From Candidatus Thorarchaeota archaeon (GTDB taxonomy: Archaea > Asgardarchaeota > Heimdallarchaeia > Hodarchaeales > Hodarchaeaceae), in the NCBI GenBank assembly GCA_048882505.1, contig JBHLRO010000026.1, positions 1 through 32,000 of the forward strand: a stretch of 32,000 nt of DNA. The letters are read 5' to 3'. Of this stretch, positions 1-8,800 are shown piece after piece. How positions within the stretch are numbered: the stretch's first letter is position 1; the number at the start of each line of letters is the position of its first letter. Below the pieces are notes generated by a model, which was not told the DNA's origin, searched no databases, and worked only from the letters and a program-made list of their open reading frames with translations. Both the position numbers and the translations under genes were made by a program.

Positions 1-5
1 ATGCG

Positions 6-983
6 GTGGAAGCGTTCTCAAACGCTCACAGGATGAGCGACGGCTACCGCTCATATTTCGAATATAATCTAGCTCTACATCGTCTAGTAAGAATTGTTTA
101 TCTTCTCCGTGGAGGAAAACGCTTTCTTTTCTTACCCCGTGATTTTGCACGGGACTATTTAACCCCGAAAGAACAAGAAAGTTTCCGTGAATTGAATGGA
201 AAGATCTACTTAAAGATGGTAAATCAAACCAAGAGAGCTCTGTTCACCTTTTTTTATCCTATCCTTAAAGAAATTGATGTAAAATATCCAAATATGCTCA
301 ATTGTGATGAAATAATCAATTTATGTGAAAGATTATATCAAAGAGATTATTTTTGGAATTTACGTGACATTGCTAGGCTTACACCAACAACTCTTAAGAT
401 AAACCAGATCTATCGTTCCGCAACTCTTCACAATTACGTCAATGATGATTATTTCAACAAATGGGTGGATGAAAAAGGAATAAAATCCATTGTTGACCTA
501 AGATCGGAAAAAGAAGTATTAGAAAGCCCCTATGTGGGTAACTTGCCTAATAAGATCTCCTATTACAACATGCCTTTTTTTCCTGTAGTAAGCGATGATC
601 AAACAGAGAGGATAGAAGCGAGCAAGAAACAAGAGTCTTTAATTGAAGCGTATCGCTGGGCATTGGAACAAAAATCAGATCAGATTCGAGCAATTTTTAG
701 ATTTTTATCATTATCAACGAATTATCCCTTGGTCATTCATTGTTACGCAGGAAAGGATCGGACGGGGATTATTGTCGCGCTAATTCACCTTCTCCTTGGG
801 ACTCGAAAAACATTAATCATTCAAGATTATTTGATTTCAAGTACAAACGCGAACCGAGACGCGATTTCATTTCTTATTGATTTCATTGAGGATAAGGGGG
901 GAATAGAAAAGTATCTAACATTCATCGGAATTTCTGGTGACGAGCAGAAAGAAATCCAAAATTTGCTCTTGAGATCTGACTGA
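6..983 (+). CDS. Protein-tyrosine/dual-specificity phosphatase (Y_phosphatase3-like) with an extra N-terminal helical region; 5'-truncated at the window edge
   Basis: Catalytic P-loop HCYAGKDRTG (HCxxGxxR), plus NLRDIA, IYRSATL and IVDLRSEKE motifs. The frame is open from the window start. Confidence 0.85.
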   Translation: MEAFSNAHRMSDGYRSYFEYNLALHRLVRIVYLLRGGKRFLFLPRDFARDYLTPKEQESFRELNGKIYLKMVNQTKRALFTFFYPILKEIDVKYPNMLNCDEIINLCERLYQRDYFWNLRDIARLTPTTLKINQIYRSATLHNYVNDDYFNKWVDEKGIKSIVDLRSEKEVLESPYVGNLPNKISYYNMPFFPVVSDDQTERIEASKKQESLIEAYRWALEQKSDQIRAIFRFLSLSTNYPLVIHCYAGKDRTGIIVALIHLLLGTRKTLIIQDYLISSTNANRDAISFLIDFIEDKGGIEKYLTFIGISGDEQKEIQNLLLRSD

Positions 984-1169
984 ATCACGGCGAATCAGGT
1001 TGTTCTCAGGGGAAGCTGAAACCAGGAGTGGAGTAAAAACTTAGATTATTTTAGAAATAGGTATAGAAATACGCTGATATCTCCGCATCGCAAGTTTTAA
1101 GTGCGCCCTTTGATAAGTTTAAAAATGATAGAGACCAAAATGTCATAAAACACCATGTTGGTTTGAAAT

Positions 1170-1760
1170 TTGGCTCTCGATCCGATTCAGCTAATATCCA
1201 AAACACTTGTGGATTGGAACTTCATTGTGCTGATCATAGGGGGACTCCTCGCAGCATCATGGTTGATTGTGCGGTTGGCAGGCGTAAGTGCAGAGGATCT
1301 GTCAAGTACCGTGGAAAAACTAGCGATTCTCGGGTTAGTGGTTGGAATCATTTCCCTGATCACCATTGGGGCTGGGATTTATCTTTCCTCTTACAATATA
1401 ATGGGAGATACTCCGTTTGATATAATAACAATTGTATGCTTAGTATTACTTGGACTGATCCTAATCTTGCGCCCTATCAAGGATTTTAGGTTCGGAGCCT
1501 TCCTTTCCCTAGCGATTGGGTCATTGGGTGCGGGATTTCTTGTCTTGTTTGGAACCGATTCTGTTAAATTATTGGCAGGAGCTTTTCTCCTATTATTTTT
1601 CGTTATTTACGGGGCTACAAGACTAGTAGAGGACCTTTATCTCCTTATTGCTGAAACCCTCTCTTCTCCATTAATTTCCATCGGGATTGGCATCATATGC
1701 GTGCTACAGGGAGTGCTGGAGCTTCTTAGCACTTCAATCCTTGTAATATTCGGGGGATAA
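1170..1760 (+). CDS. Hypothetical multipass membrane protein (TTG start)
   Basis: 196-aa ORF made almost entirely of hydrophobic segments. No recognised motif. Confidence 0.7.
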   Translation: MALDPIQLISKTLVDWNFIVLIIGGLLAASWLIVRLAGVSAEDLSSTVEKLAILGLVVGIISLITIGAGIYLSSYNIMGDTPFDIITIVCLVLLGLILILRPIKDFRFGAFLSLAIGSLGAGFLVLFGTDSVKLLAGAFLLLFFVIYGATRLVEDLYLLIAETLSSPLISIGIGIICVLQGVLELLSTSILVIFGG

Positions 1761-1767
1761 CGTCTTT

Positions 1768-2280
1768 CTAGGCCTCTATTTCCAATCGTACAGGACTTTT
1801 TGAAATCAAACTTGCAATTTGTTCGGATTGTTCTATCGGGAATCTTAAATTGGTAGGATCACCTTTCAAGGTAATTTTAAGCTCAATATCTCCGTCAGGG
1901 GGCACAAAAAGTTGATCGATTTCCAAAATTTCCAAAGGTGCGAAGAAATGGGTAAAGGCGGAGCGTTGTCCCGATCCGAGCTCCACAATTTCTATTTGAC
2001 TATTTATCTGGTCTTCCAAAAACGCTTTAATGTCCTTGTTGTTCTGAATATTGGCGCCATTTCGTATTAGTAATACAATGGTGTCATCCTCGTCAATCTG
2101 ATGTGCCCGAGAAAGTGTAACGTTTTGCAGGAGCTTGGGGTATTTTTGATCGGCCATACCAAAAGCTTTAGAGACCTCAACGTCCAGGGATGTGATCTTC
2201 TTCTTACGAAGTTTTAATTTACATTTCTTACATAGGATGCCAGTACGTGCGTCAAAAGCACAAATAGGCGTAATAACCAC
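1768..2280 (-). CDS. Archaeal NusA-like KH-domain protein with an N-terminal Cys cluster
   Basis: N-terminus PICAFDARTGILCKKC...ITSLDVEVSKA matches the recalled pattern of the archaeal NusA-paralogue family. The C-terminus is KH-like. Confidence 0.7.
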   Translation of the reverse strand: MVITPICAFDARTGILCKKCKLKLRKKKITSLDVEVSKAFGMADQKYPKLLQNVTLSRAHQIDEDDTIVLLIRNGANIQNNKDIKAFLEDQINSQIEIVELGSGQRSAFTHFFAPLEILEIDQLFVPPDGDIELKITLKGDPTNLRFPIEQSEQIASLISKSPVRLEIEA

Positions 2281-2301
2281 GATATTTACCTCACAGTTAT
2301 C

Positions 2302-3228
2302 TCATAATAGATTTTTAAGCACAGCGGCAACAGTATGTAGCCGATTTTCAGCCTCATCAAAAACGACTGAGTGTTCACCATAAATAACCTCGTCTGTGAC
2401 CTCTTCGTGATGCCGTGGAAGGCAATGCATGAAAATATAATCATCGGCTGCATGCTGGACAAGCGAGGCGTTTACCTGATAACCTGCAAACTTTTGAAGT
2501 TTTTCTTGAGCTTGAGCTTCCTGTCCCATCGAGATAAAGGTATCAGTAACTACCACGTTTGCATCTTTAACGGCCTTAATCGGATCTAAAGTTGTTTCCA
2601 CTTGATCGGGATCACTCTGGTTCTGTTTGCAGTATTCCACAATGGATGGATCAGGTTCATATCCTTCTGGTGTAGCAATACGCATGTTCATTCCCATTTT
2701 TACAGAGGCCAACATTAAGGAATGACAGACGTTATTTCCATCGCCGATCCAAGCAATGTCTATATTTCTAAGTTCCCCTAAATGTTCCTTGATAGTTAGA
2801 ATGTCCGCAAGACCCTGAAGAGGGTGAAACTGATCGGAAAGCGCATTGATTACGGGAATTCCTGCGTGCCTTGCTAGAGTTTCTATGTCTTGATGTGCAA
2901 AGACTCGGGCAAGAATTCCAGACACCATCCGCCCTAATACTTTAGCAGTATCGTAAAGAGACTCATTTACACCGAGTTGAATATCATCCTTGCCCAAGAA
3001 TAAAGCGTGGCCTCCTAGCTCGGCCATAGCAGTTTCTGTCGAAACTCTTGTACGAGTAGAACGTTTCTGGAAAATCATTCCTAATGTTTTTCCATGTAAA
3101 GGCTTATTCCGGATGAATTCTGAACGATGCGCCTTAAATTGGGAGGCCTCATCGAGGAGGAATTGGATCTCTTCTGATGCAAGATCCATCAATGTTAATA
3201 ATGATCGTCCTCTTAAATCGGATTCCAT
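2302..3228 (-). CDS. argF: Ornithine carbamoyltransferase
   Basis: STRTR carbamoyl-phosphate motif, HPLQ, GDGNN, SMG loop, HCLP and EAENR. Confidence 0.97.
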   Translation of the reverse strand: MESDLRGRSLLTLMDLASEEIQFLLDEASQFKAHRSEFIRNKPLHGKTLGMIFQKRSTRTRVSTETAMAELGGHALFLGKDDIQLGVNESLYDTAKVLGRMVSGILARVFAHQDIETLARHAGIPVINALSDQFHPLQGLADILTIKEHLGELRNIDIAWIGDGNNVCHSLMLASVKMGMNMRIATPEGYEPDPSIVEYCKQNQSDPDQVETTLDPIKAVKDANVVVTDTFISMGQEAQAQEKLQKFAGYQVNASLVQHAADDYIFMHCLPRHHEEVTDEVIYGEHSVVFDEAENRLHTVAAVLKNLL

Positions 3229-3277
3229 TTTTATCTCTCTTTTGAGTTTCTATTGAATTGCAGTTTGTCGAGTGCTT

Positions 3278-3595
3278 TCAGGAGGATGTTCCACCATGGA
3301 TCACGGGGATGAAGGCCAACGTGTCATTTTGTTGAACCAAAGTATCCATACCAGACAGGGCAGAGATTTCCTGGTCATTTAAAAAGACCAGTAACGACCG
3401 TTTCACTTCTAGGGCTTCAGAGAAGAAACTACGTAACTCCTCGTATTGCGGATCTTGGGTAAGCGCGGCCACGATTGACCTTACGCTAGTGTTGGTTTCG
3501 ATTGGCCAGAGCAAGGAGGGTCGGTTAAGATCATGTCTGAGCGAACCTAGGAACTTTAGCTGTATTTTCTTGAGAACCATGGTTACATCATTCAA
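3278..3595 (-). CDS. Urm1/SAMP/MoaD-family ubiquitin-like beta-grasp protein ending HGG-TSS (start may be the second Met, 3580)
   Basis: LKFLGSLR N-terminal strand, LLVFLND, and DTLAFIPVIHGG followed by three extra residues before TGA. Confidence 0.88.
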   Translation of the reverse strand: MNDVTMVLKKIQLKFLGSLRHDLNRPSLLWPIETNTSVRSIVAALTQDPQYEELRSFFSEALEVKRSLLVFLNDQEISALSGMDTLVQQNDTLAFIPVIHGGTSS

Positions 3596-3621
3596 GAAAT
3601 AAAGACATGCGCCGGCCGGGA

Positions 3622-3671
3622 TTTTTGGAAAACAGCCGTCAAAAACCTCAGAGGTTCAACATCTGCTTTCT
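3622..3671 (-). other. tRNA intron 2 (50 nt, non-canonical position 59/60, T loop)
   Basis: Central helix UUCG/CAAA (one C-A mismatch), bulges AA^A and AA^U, 8-bp h' GAAAGCAG/CUGUUUUC. Removal restores the TTCGAAT loop. Confidence 0.88.
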
Positions 3672-3692
3672 TTCGAACCCGGGTTACCAGCT

Positions 3693-3712
3693 CACTCCAA
3701 CCAATGAGGTTA
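3693..3712 (-). other. tRNA intron 1 (20 nt, canonical position 37/38)
   Basis: TAACCTCATTGGTTGGAGTG forms a strict hBHBh': central helix CUCC/GGAG, bulges CA^U and UG^A, h' AACC/GGUU. Confidence 0.93.
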
Positions 3713-3967
3713 TGGGAGGCTGGTATCTTACCAGGCTGGATTACCGGCGCAAGAAACTATTCTTCAATCATTAAAGATCATTTTGGGTGCAAGAGATCAT
3801 TACGGGGTGGATTCCCTGCGCATTAGATCTATTTGCTTCCGCGTTATTTGTATTTTCTTTGTAATGCTGTTATTCTATCCTCCCCAAGGAAAAGAAACCG
3901 AGATTAGTGTTAATTGATCGTAAACAAAGATTTTTCGTTATACGATTTCAAAAACTGAATATGGAAT

Positions 3968-4732
3968 CTAGCGAAAAACATCGGTTGCAGGATCTCGCAT
4001 TAGTTCTAGTGCTGAAGCCTCCGCTACATTGTATTTTACTCCTCGTACAATTATTACTGGAGTTCCTTCATCAGCCTGCCCCATTACGAGTCCTGCTGCA
4101 GCTGCAACTTCATCAGCGCGAGCAACGATTGTAGACACCATTTCATATCCATATAGATCTTTTCGCCCCCGATAATCTTCGAGAGGATGAATCCCAGCAA
4201 TCCCAATTGCTACATTGGTAGTTCCAATCCGTAATGGACGTCCAAATGTGTCAGAAATGATGACTGCGACCCTTTTTCCCAACTGTGTCTGTATATAATC
4301 ACGGATCTTCCGAGCAGAATAATCTGGATTATCTGGAAGTGATATCACGGCATCACCAGGCGCGTTCGACTTGTCCACCCCACTATTAGCACAAACAAAC
4401 CCGTGTGAGCCATGTTTGGTGGCTGTAATTAATACTCGATCATTCATCCGGACAATCTCATTCGTTTCTCTTAGGATTACTTCAATTTTGCGAGGATCTT
4501 TATCTTGCATTTCACCGATATGCTTAGCCAAGGGACTAGGTTCAATTTGGCCAAGATCAAAGATCTTTCCTTCGGCAATTGATACAATTGTGTGAGCTAT
4601 AACGATGATATCATTTTCTCGAAGATTTTCATGCCGCAAATTGGAAACAAGGATTTGTTCTAAATTATCCCCTGGCTTAATGAGGGGAAAATCATGAAGT
4701 GGAAATATTGTAACTGTCCCAAGCTCTGGCAT
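3968..4732 (-). CDS. cofE: Coenzyme F420-0:gamma-glutamyl ligase (ORF track start is GTG 4747; ATG 4732 preferred)
   Basis: PLIKPGDNL, VIAHTIVSIAEG, CANSGVDKSN, LPDNPDYSA, VIISDTFGRPLRIG, DLYG and ADEVAAAAGLVMGQADEGTPV are CofE motifs. A GAGGGA SD-like sequence precedes ATG 4732. Confidence 0.95.
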   Translation of the reverse strand: MPELGTVTIFPLHDFPLIKPGDNLEQILVSNLRHENLRENDIIVIAHTIVSIAEGKIFDLGQIEPSPLAKHIGEMQDKDPRKIEVILRETNEIVRMNDRVLITATKHGSHGFVCANSGVDKSNAPGDAVISLPDNPDYSARKIRDYIQTQLGKRVAVIISDTFGRPLRIGTTNVAIGIAGIHPLEDYRGRKDLYGYEMVSTIVARADEVAAAAGLVMGQADEGTPVIIVRGVKYNVAEASALELMRDPATDVFR

Positions 4733-4871
4733 TGATAGATCCCTCACGTTAAGTTCAAAGAAGGTACCCTTTAGACAACCTCAGACCGCTCATCGTATAT
4801 CATTACAGACTTTCTGCTCTTTCATTTGATTGTCATCACAGGCTGACCGAAAATCGCCATTATAATCCCGA

Positions 4872-5624
4872 TTATATTCCAAATTCAGCAGGTCGGGCCT
4901 TAACTTGTTCGGTGAGGTCTTTTAACAACTGTTTGACCTTTTCGGTTTGAGAAGTGTTCCCAACTGCGTGATATTTCTCATGAGCTTTGGCCAGAAGATC
5001 AATGACTTCCTTTACGTTTTCGCGGGCGCTGATCAATGCTTTGGCGCGACGATATAATGCATGTGCCTCATAACGAGTTGGGTCTTCTCGCCCTTTCTTA
5101 AATTCCTCCACAGCTTTTTCTAAAAAAAAGGCCTTATCAAAGTCCGATTCCATAGCAGCCCCTCTTTGGACAAATGATCGCGCGCGAGCTCGCGCTGCCT
5201 CCATTTCCATTCCCACAGTCTGATATAGTGCCCCTGCAGATTCAAAAAGACGGGCAGATTCAATAAATTCTCCATTTTGTGCTTTAACCTTGGCGAGTTC
5301 ACCTTGAGTTTGGGCTTGTACGGTTCGCGCATGCTTAGCTTCATCACCAAATCCCTCAGTCGAAAAAGTTACGTTTGCTTTTCCGAAGAACCGGATAGCG
5401 TCGAGAAATTCTCCAGCCAACATATGAATATAACCTTGGGCGCAGAATTCATAGGCAGCTGCACGTCGGCTTAATTTCTTTTGATCGCCATCCGAAAGAA
5501 ATTTGGCTGCCCGGTCGAAACATGACTTGGCCTCCTCATACCGTTGGGCCTCGTAGAAGACCATACCTTGGTCGAATTCTTCTTGGCCTTTCTTTTGTTT
5601 TCCACTCTTTCTAAAAGAAACCAT
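4872..5624 (-). CDS. TPR/SNAP-like alpha-helical repeat protein
   Basis: Repeated helical-pair patterns (YEEAKSCFDRAAKFL, FLDAIRFFGKANVTF, FIESARLFESAGALY, VIDLLAKAHEKY). Confidence 0.65.
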   Translation of the reverse strand: MVSFRKSGKQKKGQEEFDQGMVFYEAQRYEEAKSCFDRAAKFLSDGDQKKLSRRAAAYEFCAQGYIHMLAGEFLDAIRFFGKANVTFSTEGFGDEAKHARTVQAQTQGELAKVKAQNGEFIESARLFESAGALYQTVGMEMEAARARARSFVQRGAAMESDFDKAFFLEKAVEEFKKGREDPTRYEAHALYRRAKALISARENVKEVIDLLAKAHEKYHAVGNTSQTEKVKQLLKDLTEQVKARPAEFGI

Positions 5625-5882
5625 TCTAAGGGAACTCCATAGATAATTTTTGAGAAAACGAGGATGGGAACGCTATAGTTGAATTTTCCTCCAAATTAAG
5701 GATGAAAACGCAGAGCATAAGAAGATTATCAATCAATTAGGAAGTAAAGAAAGCCTAATAAGGAAAGCCTTGTATGGATACCCATCTTAGACTTATTCCC
5801 CCTGCATTCTTGAGAATCCCGAATTCAAAAGGTTCCTGGTGTCAACATCGCGACAGGGGTTGTTCACTTTGGTGGATCTAGA

Positions 5883-8800
5883 ATGAAGAAAAATCAATGT
5901 ATTTCATTGTTCGCTCTCATGATTGTAGTGATTTTTGCAATTTCTACCCCGATTTTTCTCAATATGTATTCTACAGACCGCCTAGATCCAATTATCCCGT
6001 TTTTCCTTAGAAGATACGTGTCACCGTTACGAAAAGACCCTCCTCAAATACGCATCCCTGATGTTCAAACAGGAATCATCAGTTCTGGGGCTACTACTGG
6101 CCCTAATGCTCCTCGTCAACCTCGTCTTGAGATCGTGAATCAAAAACCAGTCTTTTTTCCAGGTGACAGCATTCGAGTCAGGAATCGCTTTAGTACAAAT
6201 GAAGATCCCACATATGCTGTTCTCAACTTGAATGTCTCTATTTATCTTCATAAACAGGGGTATTCCAGCCTAACAGATCCCAATCATTGGTTCAGGAATG
6301 AAACCACTAACTTTACCGCGCCTCTACCGACAGTTCCTATTTCTAATGATCCATCCCAAGGGTGGATGGATGTCACTTTTCAGATTCCTAGTATTTCAGA
6401 ACTTACAAACTATGGTATCGCATCAGGGGACAATGTAACGATTTATCAGTACTGTCAGCCTAACAATACAAAATTTTTGGAGGGACTTAGCCCCATCACG
6501 TTTGCAGACAACTTTACATTAAGTGCATTCGCTTTGGTCGGAGCTAAAGGTACAGGTTTTGTAAATAATGCTACTAGCGATAGTACCTTTCGTCAAGGGG
6601 AAAATGCAACGGCTATTATTCGAGTTTTTGCAGGGTCGGACAATATTCCCAATGTATCTATCACTGCAACTCTTTATGATTCTTCCGACACACCTATTGC
6701 CAACAACACGAGTGGGATCACGTATTATCTCACTAATTCTTCTGGAACTTCGCAAACATATACCGACGGGAATGGAGAGCTAAAACTTACTGTAAATACT
6801 TCCTACCCAACTGTACCTCAGGATAGTTATTATTTCAATATAACGGCAGATCTCTTTGGGACGGGGTATTTTTCACGATTTTATGATCCTGGTACTCCCA
6901 GTGTTAATATTGAATTTAATTCTGCCGATTTTAACTTCACGGTACAAAACGAAATGGACACCGTAGACCTCCAGCTGATTAGCGCCGTACCTCAACCCCT
7001 CGATCCCCCTAACCAAAATATCACAATTGTAACATTCCGAGTTCGGGCCCTATATGTCTATGGTATTCCAGGCACCTATTATTATCCTGCAAACATGCCT
7101 GTCAACGTAACATTAAATTCCTACCCTGCAGGGGTTACCCTATCTATTGCAAAGGGTTTTACAGATAATGGATCGGCTGATTGGGCGCTTACCAATGGTT
7201 CGGGATATGTGGCGTTCAATATTACAGCTTCGTTTCCAACTCTATATTTGGATGATATTATCAAGAATATTACGGGGAGAGTTAATTTGCAGAACGATAT
7301 TGCTCCTCAATATCCCTATCATACCGCTCTATCCCCACAACCGCATCGATTCATGAGAAATGCCACCAATGGAGTCAATGCTTCATGGACGGAGGCGATT
7401 TCAATTGATCCTGACTTTTGGGTAGGGAATATATACCTAGCATCTATTGATACTACAATTATCCGCCCTGGGGACTCTGCAAAACTGACGTTTGAAGTCA
7501 ACTCGACCCAAGCACCAAGTGTTGATTTTGCAGGTGTTCCTGTCAATGTTACTTTGAATGTACCCATTGCAGGGGTTTCATTAAGCTCCAGCAACTCCTT
7601 TGCGTATGGGGGGTATCGATTCACGAATAATACGGGACATTATGAACTTCAGATCGCTACTACTTACCTAACCACGCCTGAGGTCGTTCAATCCATTGTC
7701 CTGGACATAATTGTGGATTTTGAAAATGATTCAGAAGTCCGCTGGATTGGAACAGTAAATGGAGGAACTGCAACCTTAACTGAGTTTAACAACACATGGC
7801 GTACCGCACAATCATCAGCAGTGACCATTCATCCTCAGTTCACGAATTTTTCAGTCAGTCTTGATACAACCAACGAAACGGGTGACACAACCATCCGTTC
7901 AGGTGATGGACTCACCCTCACATTTAAGGTTCAAGAAGAAGGGGGAGGTTCAGTTTTAGCTGACGTACCTGTCAATGTTTCTTTGGATAGTGCCTATCCA
8001 GGTGTATCTCTTACCAACATAGTAGGATTACCTCATCCTAATTCTGGATATTATAATACCACAGGCGCGGGGACAATTACCGTAGAATTATCTACCACTT
8101 ACCCGACAACACAGAAGAATCTTGACATCATCCTCAAAGTTTCCGCTGATTTCGAGAATGATTCCACCTCGAATTCGGTATGGTTTGTTGGTCAAAAACC
8201 CACAGGAGTAAACTTCAAGTCAAATTTCTCGTTTTCGGATCTAACCACCACGGTTCAGGTGAGGCCGCAATATTTCACTGGGGAGATCTTTGTTCCAGGG
8301 GGAACCAACCCTAATGCCACCCTTGTGCAGCAGGAAGAAACAGTTAGGATTGAATTTCGCCTACGTCTGGATTATTTGGGGACAAATTATGCTTCAAGTA
8401 TTACGGGAGTAAATGTCTCGATCCTGATTAACAATTCAAAACCATCGGATTGGAATATGCGTGTGTTAAATGTTACTTTGCTCGAGTCGCAATATCAAAA
8501 TTCTCTTGCAAGTAGTGTGATTTTCTATATCCAAACCAATGTTACTGGAATCACACCCGAAGCAGACTATAATATAACCGCTACGGCGGATTTTCTGGCC
8601 GCAAAGGGCCTCACCTATAATGTTACTCAGTCAACCGTCCCTACAGGAAAACTTTTTGGGAGGTGGGTGAACGGTTCATTAAATAATGACAATTCATCCG
8701 TCACCCAATCGTTCAGGGTAGAAAATATCGATCGAATTACCGTTCATGTTCAGAGCCTTAACGATCCTTCTCATCCTGATGAAGGATTTAATGCGTCCTC

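Larger units (their letters stand above)
3608..3750 (-). tRNA. tRNA-Gly(CCC) with two BHB introns (37/38 and 59/60); CCA not encoded
   Basis: Spliced sequence GCGCCGGTAATCCAGCCTGGTAAGATACCAGCCTCCCA-AGCTGGTAACCCGGGTTCGAA-TCCCGGCCGGCGCA (73 nt). Acceptor stem GCGCCGG/CCGGCGC, anticodon stem CCAGC/GCTGG around CT-CCC-AA, T stem CCGGG/CCCGG with TTCGAAT loop. Confidence 0.95.

Noticed and set aside
3609-3750. SRP RNA or a generic ncRNA suggested by the terminal GCGCCGG/CCGGCGC repeat
   Set aside because: Fully explained as an intron-containing tRNA-Gly on the minus strand.
4872-5624. True alpha-SNAP orthologue
   Set aside because: Only a generic helical-repeat resemblance; no SNAP-specific motif was recognised.
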